Of a DNA stretch of 64,000 nt, positions 20,846 through 31,143 are shown in pieces (position 1 is the stretch's first letter; each line of letters opens with the position of its first letter). The position numbers and the translations under genes are program-made. Below the pieces are notes generated by a model. The model was not told where the DNA came from and searched no databases. It saw nothing but the letters and a program-made list of their open reading frames with translations. The stretch is from an uncultured Nitrospiraceae bacterium (lineage in GTDB: Bacteria; Nitrospirota; Nitrospiria; Nitrospirales; Nitrospiraceae), in NCBI GenBank assembly GCA_963846575.1, contig CAWJWJ010000002.1, forward strand, positions 384,001 to 448,000, in the 5' to 3' direction.

Positions 20846-21645
20846 AGGGGGTGGTCCTGATTGAGAAAATAGAAGTGATTTGTAGGACCCTTGCCATGTC
20901 CGATCGACAGGCTGTGCCTGATCGCCTCGGTGAGGTAAGTTTTCGAGGTCTGAACAGCGTCGGGGACCGTTTTGCCCCGGGCAAGATGCGCCGCGATGGC
21001 TGAGGCGAAGGTGCAACCGGTGCCGTGGGTGTGCGGCGTGTCGATGAATTCGCCCTTATAGATATGAAAAAACCGGCCGTCGTACAGAAGATCTGTCGCG
21101 CGATCACTGGCAAGATGGCCGCCTTTGATGAGCACATTGGCGCAACCGAATTGGTGGATGATCTTGGCGGCGCGGCGGGCGTCAGCCAGGGAGGTAATTT
21201 CTATGCCTGAGAGCTGCTGGGCTTCATACACATTGGGCGTGACCAGCAGGGCTAAAGGAAAGAGGTCTTTCTTGATGCTGTCGATGGCGTCCGGTTGTAA
21301 GAGGGGTTGTCCGCCTTTGGCGATCATGACCGGATCTACGACCAGGTTTTTGACCTGTTGCGGTTTCAATAGCTTCACCACGATCTTGATGATGTCCGTC
21401 GATGACAGCATTCCCGTCTTGACGGCGGCCACCTCAAAATCGTCGAAGATGGCATCGATCTGAGCGGCGACGATCGACGTCGGCAGCTCGAACACATCGG
21501 TGACTTCTTCGGTATTCTGGGCCGTGATGGCGGTTATGACCGACATGGCATAGACCCCGTTGGCCGACATGGCCTTCAGATCCGCCTGAATTCCTGCTCC
21601 GCCGCCTGAATCTGAGCCTGCTATCGTCAATACTTGTCTGATCAT
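20842..21645 (-). CDS. thiD: Hydroxymethylpyrimidine/phosphomethylpyrimidine kinase
   Basis: LTIAGSDSGGGAGIQADLK, VKTGML, VVDPVM, KGGH and THGTGCT motifs. Confidence 0.95.
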   Translation of the reverse strand: MIRQVLTIAGSDSGGGAGIQADLKAMSANGVYAMSVITAITAQNTEEVTDVFELPTSIVAAQIDAIFDDFEVAAVKTGMLSSTDIIKIVVKLLKPQQVKNLVVDPVMIAKGGQPLLQPDAIDSIKKDLFPLALLVTPNVYEAQQLSGIEITSLADARRAAKIIHQFGCANVLIKGGHLASDRATDLLYDGRFFHIYKGEFIDTPHTHGTGCTFASAIAAHLARGKTVPDAVQTSKTYLTEAIRHSLSIGHGKGPTNHFYFLNQDHPL

Positions 21646-21681
21646 CGATAATTCCTATGCAATGGTTCCGGAGGTAGTGGG

Positions 21682-22659
21682 TTATGGCGCGGGGGAAACG
21701 GACTCTTGCGGCGCGGAGGGCTCGGCCTCGGCGGCTGCTGGGGTGTCCACTGTGAGTCCATCCAGACTGACGACACGATCGGGCCTGGGCGAAGTTTCAT
21801 GGTAATGCAGCGTCAGGGGGCCTGTGGTCGATGTCCGAGGTACCGAAAAGAGGAGTCTCGCCGGTTGGCCCTTCCGGGGATACAATTCCATGCCGCGGGT
21901 ACAGAGGGTTTCCCGGCTCTGTTCGATATCCTGCGGCCATTGTTCGCCATGCTCGTCCAGCAGGTAGGTGTCCCGCAATTGACAGCCGAGTTTGATCGGA
22001 TGCGAGGAGCGGTTGACGAACAACAGGTCCAGCGCGAGCTGATCGTCCTGCCGGGAGAGGCCCACCACGCTGACCTTGTACCACTCATTCTCATGACCAC
22101 TCAATACCGGTCCCGCGGGCTCGATCTCAGCTGTCGCGACAGGTGTCTTCGGGGCATTGGCCTGTTTGAATAAGGCAGCGAGCGGGCCCGCCTTCGGTAC
22201 GATGGCCCGGGCCGCTCCGACCGGAAACACGGTATAGGGGCCGATCAACTTGGCCGTCACTCGAACGCCTTCCGGGATTTCCAGATAGCTCCCGGTCACG
22301 AACAGGTCCGCCCGGAGTGCCTTCGCCACTTTCTTGGCGGCCTTGGCCTGGGAGGTGTCCAGATGGGTGAGTTGGTGCTTTGCCATGGTGGCGGCCAGCA
22401 GTTTGTGATCGACAACCTTCAGTTCGCCCGCTACGAGGAGTTGCGTGGACAGCTCTTCGGCCAGGAATTGTCCGATCGGCGTCACGTCTCCCTTGTTATC
22501 GGCGAAATCCAGCACCGCCAATCGTGACTTCTTCATCTTGATGGCCTCGGCGGCCACGCCTTCGGCCAATTCACGCAGGCTGTCTTCATACTTTGAGGCA
22601 GCGTGGACAGGCGAGTAGCCGAAGGCGAGGACGAGGGCACAACAGAGGATCCGTGTCAT
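21682..22659 (-). CDS. Secreted FlgO-like domain protein with C-terminal beta domain
   Basis: Signal peptide; RLAVLDF...IGQFLAEELSTQL...VTGSY...VTAKLI. Confidence 0.65.
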   Translation of the reverse strand: MTRILCCALVLAFGYSPVHAASKYEDSLRELAEGVAAEAIKMKKSRLAVLDFADNKGDVTPIGQFLAEELSTQLLVAGELKVVDHKLLAATMAKHQLTHLDTSQAKAAKKVAKALRADLFVTGSYLEIPEGVRVTAKLIGPYTVFPVGAARAIVPKAGPLAALFKQANAPKTPVATAEIEPAGPVLSGHENEWYKVSVVGLSRQDDQLALDLLFVNRSSHPIKLGCQLRDTYLLDEHGEQWPQDIEQSRETLCTRGMELYPRKGQPARLLFSVPRTSTTGPLTLHYHETSPRPDRVVSLDGLTVDTPAAAEAEPSAPQESVSPAP

Positions 22660-22782
22660 CAGCATGTACTCAGGGACGAACTCATGGCACACATTATACT
22701 CACGCGGTCGACCCTGTCCAGCCCGCGCCTTCGTCACGCCGGCTCAGACCCCTGCTGAATGAGGATGCGCCCGGACTTGTTT

Positions 22783-23283
22783 TTATGAGGCGCCAGGAGG
22801 CAGGAGCGCTTTTGCCACGACCCGTCCGCTTACATACCCCACGGGCAGCAGAAGCAGGAGAATGGGCGGCAGAAAAAAGTAGGCGAGCGCGCCTTGGGCA
22901 TCGGGGTGGATGAGAACATCGACATGAATCCAGGTGGTGACAGCCATCATACCGACGCCCGCACAGACAAGGCCTACCATCCGTCGACGAGCGGTCATGA
23001 TGGCCCGGGTCGACGTGGTACCCATGTGCACAAGGATCACCACAGCCAAGACGAGAAACGGAACGGCCGTAAGGATGCCCACGAGAAACAGGTTATAGCC
23101 AGGCGCGAACAGGTGGAGGCAAAAGGATTGCCACGCCCGAGTGAGCGGCAGATGGTGGACGAAACGGTCCACCGCGAGCATGATCGCCCAGGGCAGAACC
23201 AAGCCTCCAAGCACACTCACCCACGCGCCCAATAGGGTCAGCACCCGGAGTTGCGCCACGGTGTTGAATGCTGTGACGATCAT
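22783..23283 (-). CDS. Hypothetical 4-TM membrane protein
   Basis: Hydrophobic segments; overlaps the HEAT gene stop (ATGA). Confidence 0.65.
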   Translation of the reverse strand: MIVTAFNTVAQLRVLTLLGAWVSVLGGLVLPWAIMLAVDRFVHHLPLTRAWQSFCLHLFAPGYNLFLVGILTAVPFLVLAVVILVHMGTTSTRAIMTARRRMVGLVCAGVGMMAVTTWIHVDVLIHPDAQGALAYFFLPPILLLLLPVGYVSGRVVAKALLPPGAS

Positions 23284-24329
23284 TCCGGGGAACCTTTTGG
23301 GGGTGATTGCCCGGATGTCGTCGGTTCGGACTCAATCGCCGCGAGCGCGTCCGCGATACTCCCCCGGACAACCGGATCCGGATCGTGACGCTGCTGCCGG
23401 AGGGCGGCGAGCGCGTCCTTTGCGGACGGTCCCATGGAACCAAGCGTTTCCGCAACCAGATACCGCACCAACGGCCGTTCATCCTGAAGCAGGGGCAGGA
23501 TGGTGGATAATGCTTCGCCGGTTGAGGGGCCCGATTGAGCAAGCTGATGCAACGCATAGTCGCGCGCAGTCGATTGCTCAACCATCAGACTCAATGATTG
23601 GATATGAGCGCGATCGTCCGGCTTCGGCTTGTTGAGCGCGCTCCGGGCCAATCCGGCAATTGCCGCGTCCGGATCGCCGACGAGTTCCCGGAGTGAAGCC
23701 TCAGCCGCCGCCGGCACGGGAGTCGTGAAGGCAAATTGAGCGACGGCGGTGTGGCGAACGAGGCTTGATGGCGCATGCAGCCCGGCGATGAGCGCATCTG
23801 CGATCGGTGTCGCCGGGATGCCGATACCTGCCAGAGCCGTCAGTGCATTGCGGCGTACGAGCTCATCAGGGTCCCGGGCGGCAGCGAGCAAGGAAGCGAC
23901 GGCGGGTTTCGCGACCGGCCCAAGATTCCCCAGCACCGCACAAGCCGTGCGACGTTGCTGCACGTCCGCATCGTGAAGCCGGGGCATAAAGTGGGTCATG
24001 ACGATCCGGGCCGCCGTGAGATCGATCGACTTGATGGCTGCTGCCGCGGTGGTATTGGCATGTTGGCTGCCGTCCCGAGTGGCCTGGGCCAGGAGTGCGG
24101 GCACCGCTGCGCTCGCCGCCGGTCCGACCAGCCCTAACTGCTCCGCTGCGACGATACGTGTCGAGGGATCGTCATCCGAGAGCATCTGGATCAAGGTGGG
24201 CACGGCCCGCGCTCCGGTGGAAAACCAATACCAGAGGGCCAGCAGGGCAAGGAACAGGAAGAGCCCTCCCAGGTGCAGACCGATCTCGCGAGGACTCAAG
24301 AGGGTCGGTGATGGGGCGGAATTGGTCAT
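23280..24329 (-). CDS. Membrane-anchored HEAT-repeat protein
   Basis: Repeated AVP.L...L.D.D..VR..A...LG units after an N-terminal TM. Confidence 0.8.
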   Translation of the reverse strand: MTNSAPSPTLLSPREIGLHLGGLFLFLALLALWYWFSTGARAVPTLIQMLSDDDPSTRIVAAEQLGLVGPAASAAVPALLAQATRDGSQHANTTAAAAIKSIDLTAARIVMTHFMPRLHDADVQQRRTACAVLGNLGPVAKPAVASLLAAARDPDELVRRNALTALAGIGIPATPIADALIAGLHAPSSLVRHTAVAQFAFTTPVPAAAEASLRELVGDPDAAIAGLARSALNKPKPDDRAHIQSLSLMVEQSTARDYALHQLAQSGPSTGEALSTILPLLQDERPLVRYLVAETLGSMGPSAKDALAALRQQRHDPDPVVRGSIADALAAIESEPTTSGQSPPKGSPE

Positions 24330-24729
24330 GCGGGATGACAATGGGTGATGCCAGTGGAAGGGACATACGTAAGGTATCACAAAGCCGAGCGGCGCGGGCA
24401 GACAGGAAGCGGGCTCGAGGGTGGACTGGCGCTACGCTCTCCGGCGAACCGTCCATCTGCTCGGCGCCTTCATGGCTGGAAACGCGGGAATACGTGGCGA
24501 AAGCCGCTTGATGAGAGGGGGCATGGATAAGCAGAGAATCAAGCCCCGCCGTGCGGGAGGGCGGCTCAGCGGAACCGGAGTCATCCCTGTTGGTGAGATG
24601 GATGCCAGCAAGCGTGAGGTCGCTGCAACGCACTGTGGAAAATTGACCCAGTCATTTACCTAGTTGTATAGGCTTGCCTGGATGAGTAGCATTCTGGACA
24701 GGAAGTAGCTGCAACCGAGGGAGGTCACT

Positions 24730-24891
24730 ATGCCGGCCTATATCCTAGGTGCATTGACGATCCTGTTTTGCCTGATTGCGGTGTGGGCTTCTGTGACCCA
24801 GGAGAGTGATTCGTCCATGATAGGGGAGGACGAGCCTGACTGGGGGCTGGAACCACTGGAGCAGCTCCAAGACTACCGCAAGACCGGCTAA
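24730..24891 (+). CDS. Small single-TM protein, 53 aa (not in ORF track)
   Basis: GGAGGT RBS; MPAYILGALTILFCLIAVWASVTQESDSSMIGEDEPDWGLEPLEQLQDYRKTG*. Confidence 0.6.
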   Translation: MPAYILGALTILFCLIAVWASVTQESDSSMIGEDEPDWGLEPLEQLQDYRKTG

Positions 24892-25036
24892 GCGTGGCCG
24901 GGTATCGCGGTGGATCGACGCTAGTGGAGCACATCCTATTCCCTCAGCTCTTCCCGGGGAGGACGTGTGACTGACTGGTGGAGTGGGGGCGAAGCGTGGG
25001 GCGTCAACACGAAGAGATCGCCCCCTCGCCCGTTCC

Positions 25037-25705
25037 TCATACCGGCCACTGCTCCTCGTTCCAGGCCATTTCCCAAAACATCCACTCGTATTTCGAACTG
25101 ATCAGGAACGACTGCTCCATCCGTTTTTTTTCTTCATGCCCTGCCGTGCGCGCCCACGTGTCCACCCTGGCCCGCATCCACTCCTGCACCGCCTCGAACT
25201 CCGGCGAGGCATAGAGCAGGAGCCACTCTCGATAAGGATGTTTGGCCGGCGGCGGGCCGTTCTTGAGAAGGTGTTTGCCGACGACACAGTAGATCCAAGC
25301 GCAGGGCAGGGCCACCACCGCGATTTCCGTGGCGGTGCCTCCCTGGGCGACCGCCAGCATATGGCGGGTGTAGGCGTAGTTGGTGGGGGCCATCGGCTCA
25401 TTCAACATCGTCTGCGGAGAGAGTTTCCAACGTTTGCCGTAATTTTCATGGAGGCTTCGTTCGACGGTGATGGTCTCTTCGGCGAGCTTGGCGAAACGCA
25501 GCGCCGACTCGGAATCGGGCGCGCGCAGCGCCCCCGCTGCGAACACGCGCGCGAGATCCGCCAGGAAGCGCGCATCCTGGAGAATGTAGTAGCGGAACTT
25601 TCGCTCCGGCAGCGTGCCCTTTCCGAGTGCGAGCACGAACGGATGGGTCAACTGTGCGTCCCACACGGGTTGCGCTAATTTGCGAAGATGATTGGAGAAT
25701 GACAT
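25037..25705 (-). CDS. tenA: Thiaminase II / aminopyrimidine aminohydrolase
   Basis: HPFV..L..GTL, FRYYILQD, LPCAWIY (catalytic Cys), YREW..Y and YEWMFWEMAW motifs. Confidence 0.92.
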   Translation of the reverse strand: MSFSNHLRKLAQPVWDAQLTHPFVLALGKGTLPERKFRYYILQDARFLADLARVFAAGALRAPDSESALRFAKLAEETITVERSLHENYGKRWKLSPQTMLNEPMAPTNYAYTRHMLAVAQGGTATEIAVVALPCAWIYCVVGKHLLKNGPPPAKHPYREWLLLYASPEFEAVQEWMRARVDTWARTAGHEEKKRMEQSFLISSKYEWMFWEMAWNEEQWPV

Positions 25706-25797
25706 TCAGTTCCTCCTTCGTCGGTCCGGATACGGCTCACTGTCCGGTGAAAGATGGGCAAGAGTCATCGAGTATTGCGCAGGGCAGTCGGCCGGCC

Positions 25798-27201
25798 TTA
25801 CGCTCGCGGTGTCCAGGGCCTGGGTAGTTGATTGATGCCGTCCAGTGCAGCGACTCGGTAGCATTCCGCCAGCGTGGGGTAATTGAAGACGGCATCCACG
25901 AAATAGTCGATCAGGCCATGGTAGGCCATGACAGTCTGTCCGATGTGAATGAGTTCCGTGGCTCCGTCGCCGATCGCATGGACGCCCAGGAGTTCGTGTG
26001 TCCTCTGGTGAAAGAGGAGTTTCAGCATGCCGATGTCATCACCGATGAGCTGCCCGCGGGCGATCTCCCGGTAGCGGGCGATGCCGACGGCGTAGGGCAC
26101 TCCATTCTTGGTGAGTTCGTCTTCGTTGCGGCCGACCATGGAAATCTCGGGAATCGAATAGATGCCATAGGGCATGAGCTCGGACTGTGTCTGGATGGAG
26201 ACTCCGAACGCGTGGCAGGCGGCGTGGCGTCCCTGCTGCATGGACGTCGACGCCAGGGCGGGAAAGCCGATGATGTCACCTACCGCATAGACGTGGGGAA
26301 CCGCCGTTTGATAGTGCTCATTGACTTGAAGGCGTCCGCGGGTATCCGCCAAAAGGCCGATCGCCTCAAGGTTGAGGGCGGCGCTGGCCCCGGTCCGGCC
26401 CACTGAATAGAGCACGGTGGTGGCGCCGACTTCTTTGCCGCTCTTGAGGCCGACGACGACCTGTTGCGTGGGATGCGCTTCAACCGACAGCACCTCCTCG
26501 TTGAGGCGCAAGGTGATTCCGATGCTGCGCATCTGGTACTGCAACGCCTCGATGATTTCAGTGTCGACAAACTCCAGCAGACGTGGTCGACGCTCGATCA
26601 AGGTGACATGAATGCCCATTGTGGCCAGGATCGAAGCGTACTCGGTCCCGATCACACCCCCGCCGATGATGGTAATGGATTTGGGGAGTTGTTTAATGGT
26701 GAGCAGACCGTCCGTATCGATGATGGTCTCATCGTCAAACGGAATATGCGCAGGTCTGGCTGGTATGGTCCCGCAGGCGATGACGATAAAGTCGGCCGTA
26801 TGTTCGACCTGGTCGCGCGGGCGCTCGATCTTGAGGCGATGGGGGTCCACGAATGCGGCGGTGCCGAAGAACATCTCAACCCTGTTCCGTGCCATCTGGT
26901 TGTGGATGATTTCGATTTCGCGCTTGATGACGTGATTGGAACGGAAGGTCAGGTCCTCCATGGTGATGTCTTGTTTGACGCGATAACTCGCGCCATAGAG
27001 GGCACGCTGATGGAACCCGGAGAGATAGAGAACCGCCTCCCGTAGGGATTTGCTGGGAATCGTACCGGTATTGGTACAGACGCCGCCGACCACCAGTTTG
27101 CGTTCGACGATGCCGACTTTCTTGCCGAGTTTGGCCGCCTGGATCGCGGCCTTCTGGCCCGCCGGGCCGGTGCCGATCACGAGCAGATCGTAATGCGCCA
27201 T
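25798..27201 (-). CDS. sthA: Soluble pyridine nucleotide transhydrogenase
   Basis: GTGPAGQKAAIQAAKLGK, GGVCTNTGTIPSKSLRE (single Cys), ELIHIGQ and FNYPTLAE motifs. Confidence 0.9.
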   Translation of the reverse strand: MAHYDLLVIGTGPAGQKAAIQAAKLGKKVGIVERKLVVGGVCTNTGTIPSKSLREAVLYLSGFHQRALYGASYRVKQDITMEDLTFRSNHVIKREIEIIHNQMARNRVEMFFGTAAFVDPHRLKIERPRDQVEHTADFIVIACGTIPARPAHIPFDDETIIDTDGLLTIKQLPKSITIIGGGVIGTEYASILATMGIHVTLIERRPRLLEFVDTEIIEALQYQMRSIGITLRLNEEVLSVEAHPTQQVVVGLKSGKEVGATTVLYSVGRTGASAALNLEAIGLLADTRGRLQVNEHYQTAVPHVYAVGDIIGFPALASTSMQQGRHAACHAFGVSIQTQSELMPYGIYSIPEISMVGRNEDELTKNGVPYAVGIARYREIARGQLIGDDIGMLKLLFHQRTHELLGVHAIGDGATELIHIGQTVMAYHGLIDYFVDAVFNYPTLAECYRVAALDGINQLPRPWTPRA

Positions 27202-27369
27202 GTCCCTCCTACTGCCAGAAGATGAGAAGGACGGAGGACTTCGTTCTCATGTCATACCGGGTCCCATCTTCGCATCCGAACCAAACGCTGCATGTTTTAG
27301 CGCCCAGGGTTCAGTTGGTTGCCGAGCCTGAGCATCACACCGGTCCGACGTCCATGGTCGATGCCCGCA

Positions 27370-28053
27370 TCAGCTGTCGGTCACCAGCGAGTGCGCGAAA
27401 CGGAATACCTCATCCATGTCCGGCAGTTGGGCCAGTTCGGGGGTGATCTGAAGGTACCGAACGGTGTTGTGCTTGTCTACCACCATCACGGCGCGGCTCA
27501 GCAGATGGGGGTCCTTCAGCAAGAGACCGTGCGCCTTGCCGAAATCGGCGGCGCGAAAATCAGATAAGAACGTGACGTTGGCGATCTTGGCCTCTTCCGC
27601 GAAACGCCTCTGGGCAAAGGGCGTATCGATGCTGATAGTGATTAATTCCACCATTCGATCCAATCCCTTGTTCTTTTCACTCAGATAGTGCGTTTGCTGT
27701 TCGCAGACTTTGGTGTCGAGGGAGGGAACGATACTAATGATACGAACTTTTCCCTTGCCGGTGGTCTCATTGATGTTGACCATCGAAAGATCGGGTCGCA
27801 CCAGCTTCACGTCTCGCAGCGTGTCACCGACCTTGATCGCCATGCCCGACAATGCCATGGGTTTGCCTTGGAAGAGGATGTTGCTGCCTTCGCCGGCCAT
27901 GGCGCTGCCATTGGCCACGGTCAGATTCTTATAAGCGAAGTCTGGATTGCCTGCGCCCGGCAGTGTCCCGCAGCTGGAGAGACCCAGGCTGAGTGCGGTG
28001 AAGAGCGATGGCAGGAAGTACGTAGCTAGGGAGCGTAAAGGTGTTGGTCGCAT
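27370..28053 (-). CDS. tpx: Thiol peroxidase (Tpx family), lipoprotein
   Basis: VPSLDTKVC, SIDTPFAQ.RF, LSDFR and LLSRAV motifs; lipobox LSSC. Confidence 0.85.
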   Translation of the reverse strand: MRPTPLRSLATYFLPSLFTALSLGLSSCGTLPGAGNPDFAYKNLTVANGSAMAGEGSNILFQGKPMALSGMAIKVGDTLRDVKLVRPDLSMVNINETTGKGKVRIISIVPSLDTKVCEQQTHYLSEKNKGLDRMVELITISIDTPFAQRRFAEEAKIANVTFLSDFRAADFGKAHGLLLKDPHLLSRAVMVVDKHNTVRYLQITPELAQLPDMDEVFRFAHSLVTDS

Positions 28054-28122
28054 AGGAAGTCTCCATCGATGAACGAATGATGCCGATACATTCAGTCACT
28101 TTATGGAGCGTTCGGCGCCCTG

Positions 28123-29082
28123 TCAAGGTTGCAGAAATGCGCGGAGATGCCGGTTGACGGTCTCGGGTTGTTCCCATTGAGGGATGTGGCCGGAATCGGG
28201 AATCACGATCAGCCTGGATCGGGGAATGGCGGCTTGGAGGTCACGGCCGACTTGAGGGGGGAAGAGCCGGTCGTGCTCCCCCCACATAATCAGAGTGGGA
28301 TGTGGTATCTCATGGAGTCTGGTCGCAAAGTGCTGTTCCCATAAGGGCAGGTTGTCTCGAATGGAGAGCAGCGGCGCGATAAGGTTCGGCCGCTGCCGGT
28401 TACGGTTGGACCGATCAAGTACCGCCGGTGTCAGCAAGGTTTGGTTGAAGACAATCTCATTGAGGATCGCTTCCGTTCCACTACGTGGGAAGAGCCAATT
28501 GCCCAAGCGGGCAAGCCAGACTGGTACGTCTGTATTCACGGCGCGCTGCATCAGCGGGCTGGCCAGGCGTTCCCGCACATGGTCGGGTAATCCATCGATC
28601 AGGACGAGCCGATCGACTCGGTGAGGATGACTCAAGGCCATGCCGATTGCGAGCCCGGCCCCCATGGAGTTCCCCACCAGGGTGGCGGTGGAGAGGCCCA
28701 GGGTATCCATGAAGCCGCGCACTGATTCGATGAGAGCTTCCGGGCGATAGTCGAGATCCGGCTTGTCGGAGAGACCGGAGCCGATCAAGTCCGGCGTAAT
28801 GACGCGGAAGTGAGTAGCGAGCGATTGCTGATACTCCCATTGCCACATAGATCCGCCGAAGCCGTGGATCAGGATCAGCGGCGGGCCCTGGCCTTCATCG
28901 AGATAGGCCAGGCGGTGACCGTCGACAAAGGCGGTCTTGATGGGGAATCGCTGAATGCCGTCGAACCAGGGAGGAATGTCCGGCACGCTCGCACAGCTGC
29001 TCATAAGGATCGCCGTGGTACACAGGGTTGCGATCGTCGTTGATGCGAGCGTTGCAAGCGGAGCGAGCCACGCCGAGAGCAT
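28123..29082 (-). CDS. Alpha/beta hydrolase, probably exported
   Basis: LIHGFGG, PDLIGSGLS, GNSMGA, WGEHD and GHIPQWE motifs. Confidence 0.85.
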   Translation of the reverse strand: MLSAWLAPLATLASTTIATLCTTAILMSSCASVPDIPPWFDGIQRFPIKTAFVDGHRLAYLDEGQGPPLILIHGFGGSMWQWEYQQSLATHFRVITPDLIGSGLSDKPDLDYRPEALIESVRGFMDTLGLSTATLVGNSMGAGLAIGMALSHPHRVDRLVLIDGLPDHVRERLASPLMQRAVNTDVPVWLARLGNWLFPRSGTEAILNEIVFNQTLLTPAVLDRSNRNRQRPNLIAPLLSIRDNLPLWEQHFATRLHEIPHPTLIMWGEHDRLFPPQVGRDLQAAIPRSRLIVIPDSGHIPQWEQPETVNRHLRAFLQP

Positions 29083-29088
29083 GACCCG

Positions 29089-31075
29089 CTACTCCAGTTG
29101 CATGACGGTCTCGTCGATCTTGACGTTGTCTCCCTCGGCGACGAGGATAGCCGTCACCCGCCCATCCATGGGCGCAGGAACCTGGCTCTCCATCTTCATC
29201 GCTTCGATAATCAGCAGCGGTTCGCCGGTTTTCACCTGGGCACCTTCGCTCACCAGCACCTTCACGACGCGGCCCGGCATGGGGGGTGCGACGTCGCCCG
29301 GCTTGGTGGGCTTAGGACGTTTCGGTTTGGCCGCGCTCCCGGTGGCGGGCGCTTCGGGCACCCCTGCGAGTACTTCCTGCAACGGCTCCAACGAAACTTC
29401 CTGCAATCGGTCGTTGACGCGGATGTAGTACGGCTTGCGACCGTCGGTGGTGCGGCCTGAACCGGAGACGACGACGTGGTAGGTTTCGCCGTGCACGGTG
29501 ATGTTGAACTCGGCCGGGGCGAGATGGAGGTCGTGTGCCACGGCAGGACCTTTGGTTTCGGTCGGCTCGAGCGGTTCGGCGTTGGAGTTCCCCTCGCTCC
29601 CGCGCCTCAAAGAAATCTCTCGCGATCGCCGGGAACAGGGCGAACGACAGTTCGTCCTCCGGTGTGGTGGCCGTCTCCGGCATGTCCTTCCGCAGCTTGT
29701 CAAATTCGGGGTCCAGCCGGTCCGCGGGCCGGCCTTTGACCGGTTCCTCGTCGCCAATGGCGCGGGCCATGATTTCCTGATCGAGCGGTCCCGGTGCCCG
29801 ACCGTAGAGTCCCAGGAAATAGTTTTTAGTTTCGGTGGTGATGACCTTGTACCGCTCACCCTGCGCGCCGGTCAGCACGTTGAGCGTGGCCTGCGTGCCG
29901 ACGATCTGGCTGGTCGGCGTCACGAGCGGGGGATAACCCATCTCTTTGCGCACACGCGGGACTTCGTCGAGCACTTCCTTCATGCGATCGATCGCATTCT
30001 GCTCGGCCAGTTGCGCCGCAAGGTTCGATAACATGCCGCCGGGAATTTGCGAGGTCAGAATTTCCGCGTCCACGCCGGTGAAGTCGCTTTCAAATTGCCG
30101 ATACTTTCGGCGCACATTGCGAAAGTGTTCGGTAATGGGTTCGAACTGCCGCAGATCCAGCCCGGTATCGTACGGGGTATTGCGCAGGCCGGCGATCAAC
30201 GTTTCGGTCGGAGGATGCGACGTGCCTCCCGCAAGCGGCGAGACGGAGGTATCCAACATGTCCAATCCGCCGAGGATCGCCATGAGGGAGGACATCGAGG
30301 CCATCCCGGAGGTGTAATGGGTATGCAGATGGATCGGAACCTTGACGGCGGCTTTGAGCCGGCGTATCAAGTTGATAGGCGTCGAGTGGAGCGAGTAGGC
30401 CGGCCATGTCCTTGATGCAGAGGGTATCGGTACCCAGATCCTCCAGTTGTTTGGCCATGGAGACAAACCGGTCGATGTTGTGGACGGGACTCACGGTGTA
30501 GCAAATCGTTGCTTCGACATGTTTGCCGCAGGCCTTGACCTCGCGAATGGCCCGGTCGAGGTTGCGAACATCGTTCAGTGCATCAAAAATGCGGAAGACG
30601 TCAATGCCATTGGCTGCCGACCGTTCGATGAATTTGTCCAGGACGTCGTCGGCATAATGTCGATACCCCACGAGATTCTGACCGCGTAGCAGCATCTGCA
30701 GTTTGGTGTTCGGCATTGCCTCCCGTAGGGCGCGCAGGCGTTCCCAGGGATCTTCCTTGAGAAATCGCAGGCAGGTATCGAACGTCGCCCCGCCCCACAC
30801 TTCCAGCGACCAATACCCGACCGCGTCGAGCTTTTGGGCGATGGGAAGCATGTCCTCTGTCCGCATCCGTGTGGCCAAGAGCGACTGATGTCCGTCGCGG
30901 AAGGCCACGTCGGTCAGTAACAGTTTCTTGGCTGGAGCCGGTTCCAAGGCGAACTCCGGCTTCGTCGGCGTGCACGCTTGACGCTGCGTATAGGCGCGGG
31001 GCGAACAGATTTGGACGACAGTTTCTTTGAGGAACGTTGTTTGGGAGTGGCTTTCTTAGGTTTTTTCGTTGCCAT
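29089..31075 (-). CDS. pycB: Pyruvate (or 2-oxoglutarate) carboxylase, carboxyltransferase/biotin-carrier subunit B; three frameshifts near 30970, 30370 and 29585
   Basis: RDGHQSL.ATRM, WGGATFD, IKDMAG, HLHTH, QIPGGM, PPLVTPTSQIVG and EAMKM found across consecutive frames; each junction is repaired by deleting one base. Confidence 0.85.
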
Positions 31076-31143
31076 ACTGGCGGCCTTGGGCGGCAAATCC
31101 GCTTACGTGACAGGGTTAAGTGCTGTCCTGGTGGTTGGAGAGA

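Noticed and set aside
21645..25800. TPP riboswitch upstream of thiD or tenA
   Set aside because: No CTGAGA...ACCTG/AGCGTAGG-type core seen in either leader
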